The notes: generated from the sequence alone by a model not told the origin. Counted from the stretch's first letter, positions 1 to 9,896 are shown. The stretch is 64,000 nucleotides of DNA from Candidatus Yanofskybacteria bacterium RIFCSPHIGHO2_01_FULL_41_26 (GCA_001794055.1 MGJB01000015.1:4264-68263); one strand, 5' to 3'. Made by a program: numbers and translations.

Positions 1-251
1 TGTCTTAACTGAAAATATCGATGCTTAACATGAAGTCTGTTTGAGCCCGGCTTTTTGGTAGCACCCCTTAATTTAGGAAATAGCTGCCAAAGACGGTTGT
101 CTCCGCCCCTAAAACCCTGTTTGATAGATGCTCCTGCTCGTCCTTTTTGGCCCTTTGTTCCGTGGCCGGAAAAAGTTCCTCTTTTTCCACCTCGTCCGAC
201 GCGTTTAGCCGACTTCCTTTTTGTATTTGATTTTAATTCACTTAAGTTCAT
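1..251 (-). CDS. rplO: 50S ribosomal protein L15 (partial, runs off the window start)
   Basis: Manual translation from ATG at 251: MNLSELKSNTKRKSAKRVGRGGKRGTFSGHGTKGQKGRAG; follows rpsE. Confidence 0.93.
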   Translation of the reverse strand, partial: MNLSELKSNTKRKSAKRVGRGGKRGTFSGHGTKGQKGRAGASIKQGFRGGDNRLWQLFPKLRGATKKPGSNRLHVKHRYFQLR

Positions 252-302
252 AAAGTTTGTAAAGTTATAAAGTTCATAAAGTAATTTCTTTCTTTAAGAA
301 CT

Positions 303-908
303 TTACGAACTTATTTTACTTTTAACTCGCAATTTCCGTAAAGCGGAAATTGTGGCCATGGCAATATTAACTTTGTTGTTTGTTCTCCTCAAAAGTTTTC
401 CTGTTAATTTGGTAATACCCGAAAGCTTAGCCACAACCCTGACTGGTCCGCCAGCTTTTACTCCTCCTCTGGCCGGTTTTAACAACACAACAGCACTGTT
501 GTATTTAGCTTCAACTTGATAAGGAATTGTTCCGTCTTTAATAAGAACGGTGACTAAATTTTTCTTAGCTTGATTAAAAGCTTTCTGAACTGACTGAGCG
601 ACATCTTTTCCTTTAGCCATTCCGATTCCGACCTTGCCTTTTCCGTCTCCAATAACTATTGTCGCCCTAAAGCTAAACCTCTTTCCACCCTTTGTAACAC
701 GTGAAACTCTGGCAATATCCAAAACTTTCTGGTCATATTCAGATTTAGCCGCAAAACCACCTCGGCCGCCAGATCTCCTTCCGCGTCCTCCAAAACCTCC
801 CCGACCGTTGCCTCTTTGGCTTCCAAATCTTTTTGAAGCTTCTGCACGCGGCGCCGGTGCAATTGGTGCTACGGTTGTGTTTAAATTGTTTGATGTTTGA
901 TTTTCCAT
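303..908 (-). CDS. rpsE: 30S ribosomal protein S5
   Basis: RVSRVTKGGKRFSFRA motif, G/R-rich N-terminal extension, spc operon position. Confidence 0.97.
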   Translation of the reverse strand: MENQTSNNLNTTVAPIAPAPRAEASKRFGSQRGNGRGGFGGRGRRSGGRGGFAAKSEYDQKVLDIARVSRVTKGGKRFSFRATIVIGDGKGKVGIGMAKGKDVAQSVQKAFNQAKKNLVTVLIKDGTIPYQVEAKYNSAVVLLKPARGGVKAGGPVRVVAKLSGITKLTGKLLRRTNNKVNIAMATISALRKLRVKSKISS

Positions 909-916
909 ATAAGTTT

Positions 917-1276
917 CTAAATTTTAATTCCCCCCTTTTTTAATCCCTCGGCAACTGCTTTAACTCTGCCATGAAATTTAAATCCTCCTCTGTCAAATAC
1001 CGCTTCATTAATTCCCAACTCTTTTGCTTTCTCAGTAAGCATGTCCCCGATTGCACTAGCTTTGGCTGTTTTATCACCTTTCATTTTACTTTTCTTGGCT
1101 GAAACCACCTTACTATTCAATATAGTTTTTCCCGTTGAGTCATCGATAAATTGAACAAAAATATGCCTATTGCTTTTGAAAACAGAAACCCTAGGCCTTT
1201 CTTTAGTGCCTATTATCTTAGCGCGTACTCTACGATGACGCATGGCCCTATGTTGTTGTTTCGATTTGGAATTCAT
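917..1276 (-). CDS. rplR: 50S ribosomal protein L18
   Basis: RPRVSVFKSNRHI and FDRGGFKFHGRVKA motifs. Confidence 0.97.
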   Translation of the reverse strand: MNSKSKQQHRAMRHRRVRAKIIGTKERPRVSVFKSNRHIFVQFIDDSTGKTILNSKVVSAKKSKMKGDKTAKASAIGDMLTEKAKELGINEAVFDRGGFKFHGRVKAVAEGLKKGGIKI

Positions 1277-1331
1277 TTTTAGATTTTAGCTTTTAGGAAA
1301 TTTCCTAGAAGCTAGCAGCTAATGCCTATAC

Positions 1332-1868
1332 CTATCCGGCGGCAACCGCTTTTTTGCCGGCTTTTCTTTTGATAACTTCGCCCTGATATCTAATTCCGCT
1401 TCCTTTATAAGGTTCCGGCTTTCTCCATGACCTTATTTCTGCAGCTGTTTGGCCGACCAATTCATTGTCAATGCCCTGAATTCTGACAACATTTTTCTCA
1501 GCTTTAAAAATTATTCCTTCCGGAGCTTTAATGGTTACTGGATGCGAAAATCCCAAACCCATTTCTAAATCATTTCCTTTAACAACCGCCTTGTATCCCA
1601 CTCCTTGAAGTTCTAAAACAATTTCGAATCCTTCGGTAACTCCTTTTATCATGTTTTTAATGAGGGCACTAGCCAATCCCCAAGTTGCTCTATTCTCAAT
1701 GTTTTTGGGAATCACTTTTAAACTTTCTCCTTCAATATTTAAATCTATGTTTCCAGGAATAAATCTTTTTAATTCGCCTTTTGGTCCCTTAATTGAAATG
1801 AAATTGCCATCCATTTTTATTTGGACATCTTTTAATATGATCATCGGTTTTTTTCCAATTTTACTCAT
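1332..1868 (-). CDS. rplF: 50S ribosomal protein L6
   Basis: MSKIGKKP start, RKPEPYKGSGIRY motif. Confidence 0.97.
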   Translation of the reverse strand: MSKIGKKPMIILKDVQIKMDGNFISIKGPKGELKRFIPGNIDLNIEGESLKVIPKNIENRATWGLASALIKNMIKGVTEGFEIVLELQGVGYKAVVKGNDLEMGLGFSHPVTIKAPEGIIFKAEKNVVRIQGIDNELVGQTAAEIRSWRKPEPYKGSGIRYQGEVIKRKAGKKAVAAG

Positions 1869-1872
1869 ATGT

Positions 1873-2277
1873 TTACCAAACTTCACAAATTATTTCTCCT
1901 CCAAGGCCAGATTTTTTAGCTTCTTTTGAATTCATAACTCCTTTAGGTGTTGAAATTATAGCCAAGCCATATCCGGAACGGACCAGTTTAATATCTTTGG
2001 CTTTAATATACATTCGTCGTGAAGGATGACTGACAATTTTAACGCCGCTTAAGACTCCTTGATCATCACGATATTTCAGTGTGAGCTGAAGATACTCATG
2101 TTCGGCTTTTTTTGCTTTTTTATTTTTTCTTTCAACTTCAGAAACATATCCCGCTTCCTTTAAAATATTAGCAATCTTAAATTTAACCTTAGAAAAAGGC
2201 ATCGTCACTTGCTCACCTTTTACAGCTTGAGCATTCTTTATTCTTATTAACATGTCTGATATCGGATGGTTTACCAT
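1873..2277 (-). CDS. rpsH: 30S ribosomal protein S8
   Basis: [29 protein letters not shown]. Confidence 0.97.
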   Translation of the reverse strand: MVNHPISDMLIRIKNAQAVKGEQVTMPFSKVKFKIANILKEAGYVSEVERKNKKAKKAEHEYLQLTLKYRDDQGVLSGVKIVSHPSRRMYIKAKDIKLVRSGYGLAIISTPKGVMNSKEAKKSGLGGEIICEVW

Positions 2278-2456
2278 GATGATTTTTTAACTCCGGGTAA
2301 GTGGCCGGCACTGGCCAATTCCCGAAAATGTATTCTGCACAAACCAAAACTCCTCATATATCCGCCTTTTCTTCCGCACATAAAACATCTTCGAACCATC
2401 CGGGTTGAATATTTAGGCTTTTTGTTTGATCTAGCAATTGTTGATTTTTTAGGCAT
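2271..2456 (-). CDS. rpsN: 30S ribosomal protein S14 (short, zinc-ribbon type)
   Basis: 61 aa, RCFMCGR...[10 protein letters not shown]...PGVKKSSW. Confidence 0.95.
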   Translation of the reverse strand: MPKKSTIARSNKKPKYSTRMVRRCFMCGRKGGYMRSFGLCRIHFRELASAGHLPGVKKSSW

Positions 2457-2465
2457 GCTCGGAGT

Positions 2466-2571
2466 GGGCTCCCATATTAGTCGCCCGCGAGGGGCCCCAT
2501 TCTCTTCTTCCCTGTCTTACTGCTAATCGAGAAGTAGAATGGGGACACGCGTCGGCGACTAATGGGAACTC
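2466..2571. repeat. Long imperfect hairpin element between rplE and rpsN
   Basis: ttagtcgcc/ggcgactaa and ccccattct/agaatgggg arms. Confidence 0.7.
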
Positions 2572-2574
2572 TAT

Positions 2575-3138
2575 TCACAACTGGAGCGAAGCTCCAGCCG
2601 GTTTTTTAATTGGTAATCCCATTTGTTTTAAAAGCTCAATTCCTTTTTCCCTATTTTTGGCCGTTGTAACCACAGTTACCTCCAGTCCGAATACGTCTTT
2701 CATGTTTTCGTAATTTATCTCCGGAAAAATGCTTGATTCTTTAATACCGAAATTCAAGTTTCCCATTTTATCAAAATTTTTGGCGTCTATCCCCCTAAAA
2801 TCTCTCGATCTTGGAAGAGCAATCGCAATCAATCTGTCCAAAAAATCATACATCCTCTTGCCTCTAAGCGTCACTGCAATTCCAACATTGACTCCTTCTC
2901 GCAACTTGAAACCGGAAATTGATTTCTTGGCTTTTTTGAAAACCGGCTTTTGTCCGACAATAAGCGTCAACTCTTTTGCTATTCTTTCAGCTGTTTTTTC
3001 GTCTTTGCCAAGTCTTCCAATACCGGTATTTACAACGACTTTCTCTATCTTTGGAATTGCCATTACATTCTTAATTCCAAAAGCTTTCTGCATGGCAGGA
3101 ATAACTGTTTTTCTATATTTTTCTTGTAATCTTGGCAT
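2575..3138 (-). CDS. rplE: 50S ribosomal protein L5
   Basis: PKIEKVVVNTGIG, TLRGKRMYDFLDRLI, FPEI motifs. Confidence 0.97.
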   Translation of the reverse strand: MPRLQEKYRKTVIPAMQKAFGIKNVMAIPKIEKVVVNTGIGRLGKDEKTAERIAKELTLIVGQKPVFKKAKKSISGFKLREGVNVGIAVTLRGKRMYDFLDRLIAIALPRSRDFRGIDAKNFDKMGNLNFGIKESSIFPEINYENMKDVFGLEVTVVTTAKNREKGIELLKQMGLPIKKPAGASLQL

Positions 3139-3152
3139 ATAATTACGAGGTA

Positions 3153-3461
3153 TTATTGTACCTCATTTTTACACTTTTTACAAATTCTTACCTTGTTCTC
3201 TCCTTCGAATTTATATCCAATCCTGGTCATTTTTCCGCAGGATTTGCAGACCAAGGCTACGCTCGATGCGCTTACTGCTCTCTCTTTGCTTATAATCTGA
3301 CCCTTCTGACCCTGCTTTTTGGCTCTAACATTCTTTTTTATCAAATTCAAACCTTCGACAACAACTCTATCGATGCTTGGTATAACCATGGAAATCTTTC
3401 CCGTCTTTCCTCGGTCTTTTCCATTCAGCATTATTACATTGTCTCCTTTTCGTAATTTCAT
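3153..3461 (-). CDS. rplX: 50S ribosomal protein L24
   Basis: KOW motif KGDNV...GKDRGKTG, VVVEGLN. Confidence 0.96.
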   Translation of the reverse strand: MKLRKGDNVIMLNGKDRGKTGKISMVIPSIDRVVVEGLNLIKKNVRAKKQGQKGQIISKERAVSASSVALVCKSCGKMTRIGYKFEGENKVRICKKCKNEVQ

Positions 3462-3469
3462 AAAGTTGT

Positions 3470-3835
3470 TTATACTAATTCTTCGGCTAGTGACGCTATC
3501 GTGCCATATCCTCTTTCTTTAATTTCTCTTGGTATCGGCCCAAAAATTCTTCCACCCTTTGGCTCTTTTCCGTCTAAAATAACGACCGCATTATCATCAA
3601 ACCTGATATAAGTACCGTCTTTTCTTCGGAATGGTTTTCTTTGTCTGACCACGACTGCCCTTAAAACTTCTTTCTTTTTGACTAGCTTCCTTGGCTCGGC
3701 CACTTTCACCGACACAACGACAATATCTCCAAGTTGGGCATATCGATGTCTTGATCCACCAAGAACCTTAAAGACCCCAACCTTCTTGGCTCCTGAATTA
3801 TCCGCGACATTTACAATTGATCTAAGCTGTAACAT
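3470..3835 (-). CDS. rplN: 50S ribosomal protein L14
   Basis: VADNSGAK, IRFDDNAVV, RIFGPIPRE. Confidence 0.98.
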   Translation of the reverse strand: MLQLRSIVNVADNSGAKKVGVFKVLGGSRHRYAQLGDIVVVSVKVAEPRKLVKKKEVLRAVVVRQRKPFRRKDGTYIRFDDNAVVILDGKEPKGGRIFGPIPREIKERGYGTIASLAEELV

Positions 3836-3841
3836 AAAAAA

Positions 3842-4117
3842 TTAATTAGATTTCTCTTTAGAATCTGATGCCACTTTTCCGGTAACAATCCATCTTTTTT
3901 CTTTGGATATTGGTCTGATTTCTTTGATTAAAACACGATCTCCGGTGCGATATTCATTCTCCTCGTCATGAGCTTTATATTTTGCTGAAATCTTAAAATA
4001 TTTTTTATATTTTGGATGTTTTTTCAAATTTGAAACCTTAACTACCACAGTTTTATTCATCTTGTCCGACGTAATTATCCCTTTAAGAACTCTGGTTTTT
4101 TTATTTTGTGTTTCCAT
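3842..4117 (-). CDS. rpsQ: 30S ribosomal protein S17
   Basis: [30 protein letters not shown]. Confidence 0.96.
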   Translation of the reverse strand: METQNKKTRVLKGIITSDKMNKTVVVKVSNLKKHPKYKKYFKISAKYKAHDEENEYRTGDRVLIKEIRPISKEKRWIVTGKVASDSKEKSN

Positions 4118-4134
4118 ATTTAGAAATTAAAAAT

Positions 4135-4320
4135 TTAGGATTTTGACTTTAAAAAAGTCAAAATCCTTGCTATTTCTTTTTTGGTTTTTTTAATCTGACT
4201 ATAATCTTTCAATCTTTTTTCGCCAAGTTCAAAGTTAAATTGCAAAAGCTTCGCTTTCAAATCTTTCAGTATCATGCTCATTTCTTCTACCGTCTTGTTT
4301 TGTAAATCAATGTTTTTCAT
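4135..4320 (-). CDS. rpmC: 50S ribosomal protein L29
   Basis: 61 aa ending KKEIARILT, between rplP and rpsQ. Confidence 0.9.
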   Translation of the reverse strand: MKNIDLQNKTVEEMSMILKDLKAKLLQFNFELGEKRLKDYSQIKKTKKEIARILTFLKSKS

Positions 4321-4321
4321 A

Positions 4322-4729
4322 TTACCGTTTTACAATTCTTGTTTTGATTGCAAGTTTATGCGAGCCAAGCGTTAAAGCTTTTTTAGCCTGATCTTCGGGC
4401 AATCCGTCTATTTCAAAAATTATCTTTCCGGCCTCAACCACCGCCACGAAATGGTCCAAGGTTCCAGCTCCGCCGCCCATACCAAGCTCTCCGCCATGAT
4501 TAGTACGAGGCTTATCTGGAAATACGCGCATCCAAATTTTGCCGCCTCTTTGAACAAATCTCGTCATAACACGCCTAGCCGATTCCAGTTGGTTAGCTTT
4601 TATCCAACTTGATTCTTCGGCTTTCAAGCCAAAATTACCAAAACTTAAATACGTGCCTCGGGTTGCTTTGGCTTTTAATCTTCCTTTGTGAACTTTGGGA
4701 TGTTTTACTCGTGCTGGTTGCATGATCAA
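4322..4729 (-). CDS. rplP: 50S ribosomal protein L16
   Basis: GGKIWMRVFPDKP, GKIIFEI; start may be the ATG at 4723. Confidence 0.96.
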   Translation of the reverse strand: MIMQPARVKHPKVHKGRLKAKATRGTYLSFGNFGLKAEESSWIKANQLESARRVMTRFVQRGGKIWMRVFPDKPRTNHGGELGMGGGAGTLDHFVAVVEAGKIIFEIDGLPEDQAKKALTLGSHKLAIKTRIVKR

Positions 4730-4756
4730 AATTTCGAAATATCGATATATCGAAAA

Positions 4757-5389
4757 TTAAAATTTTTCTCCTTTATATATCCAAACTTTTACTCCTACTG
4801 TTCCGTATGTAGTGTGAGCAGTAGCTTTCGCATAATCAATATCTGCTCTCAATGTTTGTAGCGGTAAATTTCCTTCTTCTAAATGTTCCGATCGGGCTAT
4901 TTCGGCTCCATCTAAGCGTCCGCCGAGTAAAATCTTAGCGCCCTTAACCTGTTTGGAAGCTATAATTTTAGCCAAAGTCTGTTTCATTACCCTTCTGAAA
5001 GGAATCCTTTTTTCTATCTGGTCAACTATGGATTCGGCCATTATCATGGCGGATGCTTCCGGGTTTTTTACCTCTTGGATCTCAATCCTGATAGAAACTT
5101 TGTTTTTAAGAAGTTTCTGAATGGCATTTTTTAACTCCTCAACTCCGGTGCCTCCCCGCCCTATCAACAATCCTGGTCTGGCGGTAAAAATAATCACATT
5201 CAAGGCATCAGTGCCTCGCTCCAGTTCAACCCTATCTACACTAGTGCTCTTCAATTTTTTATTTAAAAAACCCCTGACAGCAACATCATCTTTCAGATAG
5301 GGCACGTATTTGCGTCCGCCAAACCAATGGGACGCCCAGTCCTTTTGAATTCCCGTCCTGAATGATATCGGTGATATTTTTTGTCCCAT
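4757..5389 (-). CDS. rpsC: 30S ribosomal protein S3
   Basis: MGQKISP, RPGLLIGRGG, PLQTLRADIDY, GVKVWIY. Confidence 0.98.
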   Translation of the reverse strand: MGQKISPISFRTGIQKDWASHWFGGRKYVPYLKDDVAVRGFLNKKLKSTSVDRVELERGTDALNVIIFTARPGLLIGRGGTGVEELKNAIQKLLKNKVSIRIEIQEVKNPEASAMIMAESIVDQIEKRIPFRRVMKQTLAKIIASKQVKGAKILLGGRLDGAEIARSEHLEEGNLPLQTLRADIDYAKATAHTTYGTVGVKVWIYKGEKF

Positions 5390-5390
5390 A

Positions 5391-5897
5391 TTAAATAACC
5401 TTTCTTCTAAATAATCTTTTTCCGAGATTGTTCAGAGTATTACCTTTCTTTCCTAATTCAGTTTCAACTTCTGGTTTCTTTACCCGAGGTTCAACCTCGG
5501 AACTTCTTTGAGGTTGAACCTCCTTATTCTTCTTCTCCGAAGCTTTTCTCTTTAATCCAATAACCCTTTCACCTAAAACAAGGCGGACCCTGCTTGTTTT
5601 CTTTTGAATTTCTCCAGCTCTTCCTTGAGCTTTAGGCATATATCTTTTTAATTTAATTCCTTCATCAACAATAAACGTCTTGATGTAAAGATTGTCTTTA
5701 ATCATACTAAAGTTATTTTCCGCATTAGCAATAGCAGAATTCAATAATTTTATTAGTGGCAAAACCGGTCTCTTCATCAAAAATTCCATCTGATTCAGAA
5801 CATAAACGACATCCTTGCCTTTAAGCAAATTGGTAACAGCCCGGACTTTTCTCGGTGATATTCTCAATCCGTTCAATTGTGCCTTAACTTCTGCCAT
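5391..5897 (-). CDS. rplV: 50S ribosomal protein L22 with C-terminal extension
   Basis: RISPRKVR, SAIANAENN, PKAQGRA; about 55 extra C-terminal residues. Confidence 0.95.
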   Translation of the reverse strand: MAEVKAQLNGLRISPRKVRAVTNLLKGKDVVYVLNQMEFLMKRPVLPLIKLLNSAIANAENNFSMIKDNLYIKTFIVDEGIKLKRYMPKAQGRAGEIQKKTSRVRLVLGERVIGLKRKASEKKNKEVQPQRSSEVEPRVKKPEVETELGKKGNTLNNLGKRLFRRKVI

Positions 5898-5906
5898 ATT
5901 TGGATA

Positions 5907-6257
5907 TTATTTTGGTTTAACGGCTTCTGTGGCCGGCGCTTTCGCTGCCTGAGCAGCATCAATTTCTTTCTGCTTCTGGGCGGCCTCTAGCTCTCTCTGC
6001 ATTCTTCCTCCATGTCTTACAAATTTTCTAGTCAGAGAAAACTCGCCCAGTTTATGTCCAACCATGTCTTCCGATACAAAAACAGGAACATGAACTCTGC
6101 CATTATGGACGCCAAAAGTAAATCCTATCATTTCCGGAATAATTGTGCAGTCTCTGGCCCATGTTTTAATAATCGTCTTATCGCCCAATCTTAACTTGCT
6201 TACCTTTTTCAGTAATTTTTCATCTACATATGGCCCTTTTTTAAGACTTCTGCTCAT
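5907..6257 (-). CDS. rpsS: 30S ribosomal protein S19
   Basis: [10 protein letters not shown] start at 6257, [10 protein letters not shown]. Confidence 0.97.
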   Translation of the reverse strand: MSRSLKKGPYVDEKLLKKVSKLRLGDKTIIKTWARDCTIIPEMIGFTFGVHNGRVHVPVFVSEDMVGHKLGEFSLTRKFVRHGGRMQRELEAAQKQKEIDAAQAAKAPATEAVKPK

Positions 6258-6258
6258 A

Positions 6259-7083
6259 TTATTTAATTCTTCTCTTAATAAATTTACTTGATTTTTTATT
6301 TTTGTTTCTAGTTTTTCTTCCACCGGTAATTTTTCCGTATGCAGTCTTTGGTCGCCTCGTTCCTCGGCCCTGTCTGCCTTCTCCGCCCCCATATGGATGA
6401 TCAACCGGATTCATAGCCGTACCTCTTACTTTAGGCCTTCTACCAAGCCATCGAGATTTGCCGGCTTTGCCCAAAACTATCGTGTCGTGTTCAGAATTAG
6501 AAACCTGACCTATTGAAGCATAAGAGTCGCCTAAAATCATCCTCGTTTCCGATGAAGGCATTACCAGCTGAACAAAACCCCCTTCGCTTGCCAGAACCAT
6601 GGCACCAGAACCTGCCGATCTAACAATCCTTCCGCCCTGTCCGGGAAATAATTCCACGTTATGAACCATAGAACCCTGGGGAATATTCTTTAGTTTCATT
6701 CTGTTGCCAGGCCTTATCGGTGCCTCAACTGCAGTAATTACCGTATCTCCAACCCTTAATTCCTGTGGAGCCAATATATATCTTTTTTCTCCATCGGCAA
6801 AATTAATCCTGGCGATTCTTGACGTTCGATTCGGATCGTATTCCAAAGCCGCAACTTTTCCCGGGACATTCAATTTGTCTGTTTGTTTGAAATCTACATC
6901 TCTGTACAACCTCTTGGCGCCTCCGCCTTTTCGAGGACCGGTAACTCTTCCTCTGTTGTTTCTGCCATATGATTTAGTAAATCCCCATTTGTGCGACTTT
7001 AAAGGTTCAATCTTGGTTAATTGGGAAAAATCATATCCTTTCATTCCTCTTCTGGAAGGTGTTGTTGGTTTATATATTTTCAT
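6259..7083 (-). CDS. rplB: 50S ribosomal protein L2
   Basis: [25 protein letters not shown]. Confidence 0.98.
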   Translation of the reverse strand: MKIYKPTTPSRRGMKGYDFSQLTKIEPLKSHKWGFTKSYGRNNRGRVTGPRKGGGAKRLYRDVDFKQTDKLNVPGKVAALEYDPNRTSRIARINFADGEKRYILAPQELRVGDTVITAVEAPIRPGNRMKLKNIPQGSMVHNVELFPGQGGRIVRSAGSGAMVLASEGGFVQLVMPSSETRMILGDSYASIGQVSNSEHDTIVLGKAGKSRWLGRRPKVRGTAMNPVDHPYGGGEGRQGRGTRRPKTAYGKITGGRKTRNKNKKSSKFIKRRIK

Positions 7084-7087
7084 GATT

Positions 7088-7522
7088 TTATGGTTTCGCC
7101 TGTTCTATTGTCTGGCCTTTTTCTAAGCCTACGATTGCTTTTTTAAATTCCGATCTGAATCCGGGATGACGACCAAGGTCTCTTCTTTTTCTAGGCATAT
7201 TTAAAACTTTAACGCCCTTAACTTTAACATTAAATAGTTTCTCAACTTGTTTTCTTATCTGGCTCTTGTTAGAATTTCTGAAAACCTTAAAAACATATTG
7301 ATTAAACCCATTCAACAAAGAAGCTTTTTCGCTAACATAAAAATTCTTTAAAACCCTGTAAGCTTCAGCATTTCCCATAACCGGCAAAACGGGCACTGAC
7401 TCCTTAATTTCTTCTTTAATAACAACCTCTTCTTTTTTTGCAGGTTTTGTTTTTTTGGCTTGATTTTCCTGCTCTCGACTAGGCTCGCTTTTGGCGGCTT
7501 TTTTGAAAGGATTTAATAACAT
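7088..7522 (-). CDS. rplW: 50S ribosomal protein L23 with N-terminal extension
   Basis: SEKA...YVFKV...NKSQIRKQVEKLFNVKV...KKAIV. Confidence 0.93.
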   Translation of the reverse strand: MLLNPFKKAAKSEPSREQENQAKKTKPAKKEEVVIKEEIKESVPVLPVMGNAEAYRVLKNFYVSEKASLLNGFNQYVFKVFRNSNKSQIRKQVEKLFNVKVKGVKVLNMPRKRRDLGRHPGFRSEFKKAIVGLEKGQTIEQAKP

Positions 7523-7523
7523 A

Positions 7524-8183
7524 TTATTTATTGAATGTTTTATTCAAAGAATCTAAAGAATCTTTAACTAAAACTAGGTATTTATAGGAAAGAATTTCCA
7601 AAGGATTCAAATTTCTGGCTTCTACGGCTGAAAAGTTGGGTAAGTTTTTTGACGATCTTTTTATCTTATCTTCCATTGACGGAACTACAAGCAATACAGT
7701 CGATTTTTTACCTGTCTGACCGGCAGGCAGGCCCATAAGACTTGAAAAATTTTTAAATATTCCTGCCATTTCTTTTGTCTTTGCATTTTCCAAACTGACA
7801 TTGTCCAAGACAAAGAGTTGGTTGTCTCTGGCTTTTGAAGACAAAGTCATAAACAATGCCTTTCGCGCCATCTTTTTGTTAATTTTTTTCTTAAAATTTC
7901 TTTCTTTGGTCGGCCCAAAAGTTGCTCCTCCACCTTTCCATATCGGTGAACGAATGGAAGCATGTCTAGCTCGGCCGGTACCTTTTTGTTTCCAGGGCTT
8001 TTTACCTCCACCCCTAACCTCACCTCGGCCCTTAGCATGAGCAATAACCTGTCTCTTGTTGGACATTTGAGACGTTACAATCTGATGGACTAAGTCTTTG
8101 TTCATTTCTAAATTAAAAATCCTATCAGGCAAGTCAACCTTTCCAATGTTTTCAGCTTTTTGGTTGTATAAGATTGCTTCCAT
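7524..8183 (-). CDS. rplD: 50S ribosomal protein L4
   Basis: GGGKKPWKQKGTGRAR, SPIWKGGG. Confidence 0.97.
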   Translation of the reverse strand: MEAILYNQKAENIGKVDLPDRIFNLEMNKDLVHQIVTSQMSNKRQVIAHAKGRGEVRGGGKKPWKQKGTGRARHASIRSPIWKGGGATFGPTKERNFKKKINKKMARKALFMTLSSKARDNQLFVLDNVSLENAKTKEMAGIFKNFSSLMGLPAGQTGKKSTVLLVVPSMEDKIKRSSKNLPNFSAVEARNLNPLEILSYKYLVLVKDSLDSLNKTFNK

Positions 8184-8185
8184 TT

Positions 8186-8818
8186 TTATTGTGATTGAAT
8201 TATTAATAATTGTCCTCTGTTTCCGGGAACCGCACCCTTAACCGCAAGCAATCCGTTTTTAGCATCAACTCTCACGATTTGTAATCCTCTTGTTGTTACT
8301 TTATCAGAACCCATTCGTCCGGCCATTCTCATTCCTTTCAATGTATGCTGGGGGAATCTTTGGCCGATTGATCCTCCGTGTCTTGCAACATGATGATGTC
8401 CGTGACTGTGAGGCATACCTGAAAAACCATGTCTTTTCATAACCCCCTGAAAACCTTTTCCTTTTGACATGCCCGTAATTTTAACTTTGTCTCCGATAGC
8501 AAAAATAGAAACATCAAGCTTGTCTCCCACCTTCGCTGAAACAGCTTCGGCGGGCAATCCAACTTTTCCGCCAATTCTGAATTCTTTCAGATGCTGGAAA
8601 TTGCCGAGATTTCTAAAGTGTCCTCTTTGGGGTTTATTTATATTTTTAATTTTCTTGGTTCCCGTTCCCACTTGAACCGCTTCGTAGCCGTCTTTATCTT
8701 TAGTTCTAACTTGAGTCACAACATTCGATTCAATTTCCACAACTGTAACCGGGACGACTTTTCCGTCTTCCTCAAAAACCTGCGTCATTCCCAATTTTTT
8801 ACCTAATATGAATTTCAT
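8186..8818 (-). CDS. rplC: 50S ribosomal protein L3
   Basis: GKKLGMTQVF, SKGKGFQG, KGAVPG. Confidence 0.98.
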   Translation of the reverse strand: MKFILGKKLGMTQVFEEDGKVVPVTVVEIESNVVTQVRTKDKDGYEAVQVGTGTKKIKNINKPQRGHFRNLGNFQHLKEFRIGGKVGLPAEAVSAKVGDKLDVSIFAIGDKVKITGMSKGKGFQGVMKRHGFSGMPHSHGHHHVARHGGSIGQRFPQHTLKGMRMAGRMGSDKVTTRGLQIVRVDAKNGLLAVKGAVPGNRGQLLIIQSQ

Positions 8819-8841
8819 GATTGGTTAGCAAAGCGTTTGTC

Positions 8842-8982
8842 ATTGAAAACATATCAGTCCTTAGACACGTAGAATTTCCCAGCGAGAAATTCTACTCGGC
8901 TTCGGCTCGCTCATCCCTCACTGCGTTCGGGATACCTTGCCCGCTCGCCTGCAGATGGTCTATAGACTGACATGTTTTCAAT
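8842..8982 (-). repeat. Structured dispersed repeat, family A copy 1 (core 8864-8961 inside an 18-bp closing stem)
   Basis: Minus strand reads AGACCATCTGCAGGCGAGCGGGCAAGGT-hairpin-GAGCGAGCCGAAGCCGAG-hairpin-GTGTC; related copies at 14086 and 33990. Confidence 0.85.
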
Positions 8983-9129
8983 TCCATAAATTTCCAACAA
9001 TAAAACCCAGATTTAGCTGGGGCTCATGTGTCCTGCTAAATTTATTTAACTTATTCGATTGTGATTTTTCTTAAAACCACTTATTTCAATTAAGGTTTTA
9101 ACACGGCAAGTGAATTTTTACAAACCGGT

Positions 9130-9148
9130 CCCTTCGACAAGCTCAGGG
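9130..9148. repeat. REP-like short palindromic repeat
   Basis: cccttcgacaagctcaggg; near reverse-complement copy ccctgagtttgtcgaaggg at about 37142-37160. Confidence 0.6.
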
Positions 9149-9172
9149 TTAACCGGATAAATTCTACTGTCT

Positions 9173-9225
9173 ATATTACCACCGCTTTTAGCGGGGCCCC
9201 GCCCAAGGCGGTGGCTACCTTATTC
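9173..9225 (-). repeat. 53-bp structured repeat S, copy 1
   Basis: Matches 9794-9846 with 3 mismatches, two of which are a compensatory pair. Confidence 0.9.
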
Positions 9226-9268
9226 CTCTCCACTGTTTCCAATGAAGAGAGTAAAGAAATAATTTTGA

Positions 9269-9472
9269 TTAAAGTACTTCCAGGAAACTCCTTGCTTCTT
9301 TTAAAATCGCTTGTGCTTTTTTTAACTTTTCTATTCCGCCTTCTTGAATTGGCTCCGTTCCCTTTGTAGCTCTTTGCAACGATTGCTCAACAACTTTAAC
9401 ATCTTCTCTTATCTGAGCGACTATGTTTTCTCCTAAATATTCTTCTCTTTCAATTTTTGGTTCTTGTTCCAT
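9269..9472 (-). CDS. Small helical hypothetical protein (rpsJ-rplC insert)
   Basis: 67-aa ORF with ATG, A-rich upstream, charged amphipathic sequence. Confidence 0.7.
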   Translation of the reverse strand: MEQEPKIEREEYLGENIVAQIREDVKVVEQSLQRATKGTEPIQEGGIEKLKKAQAILKEARSFLEVL

Positions 9473-9548
9473 AGTTTTTTATTTAATGTATTAACACTTT
9501 ATTTCTTTCCACCTAAATAATAAAAAGAAAGCAATAATGTTCTAATCC

Positions 9549-9782
9549 TTACAAATTTTTGGTTAATTCTTCAATCTTTTTAAGTCTGTTAACCATATGA
9601 GCTTTTATCTCTCTTACCTCCTCGGAATCCACATCTTTTCCCTCTTTAAGTGTTGCAATTAATAAATCGCTATCTTTCCCAAAACTGGCCACTTCCTGAT
9701 CTATAATCCCCCTGCTTGTTTCACAATTTCTGATTTGCTCTTGTTTATCTGATATTAAATCTTTTTTCTTTTCTCTGTTCAT
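9549..9782 (-). CDS. Small helical hypothetical protein (rpsJ-rplC insert)
   Basis: 77-aa ORF directly after repeat S copy 2. Confidence 0.65.
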   Translation of the reverse strand: MNREKKKDLISDKQEQIRNCETSRGIIDQEVASFGKDSDLLIATLKEGKDVDSEEVREIKAHMVNRLKKIEELTKNL

Positions 9783-9793
9783 GTTCTCTGTTC

Positions 9794-9895
9794 ATATTAC
9801 CACCGTTTTTAACGGGGCCCCGCCAAAGGCGGTGGCTACCTTATTCTCTCGTCCTAGTGAGTTCTATCGAACTAAGGCGAGAAGTAAGGGGGTAA
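9794..9895 (-). repeat. Fused repeats S copy 2 (9794-9846) and R copy 1 (9838-9895)
   Basis: S matches 9173-9225; the 58-bp R is identical to 10513-10570. Confidence 0.92.
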
Positions 9896-9896
9896 G

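Noticed and set aside
252-302. Absence of rpmD (L30) between rpsE and rplO; short taaagtt-type tandem repeats
   Set aside because: L30 loss is an established CPR trait, used only as taxonomic evidence; the repeats are low-complexity filler.
2271-2456. S14 zinc ribbon ends CRIH instead of CRIC
   Set aside because: A single substitution to another zinc ligand; too minor without an alignment.
55-8806. Many + strand ORFs overlapping ribosomal protein genes (also over tuf, ftsZ, nrdJ and others)
   Set aside because: Antisense shadows of well-identified genes with no independent motifs.
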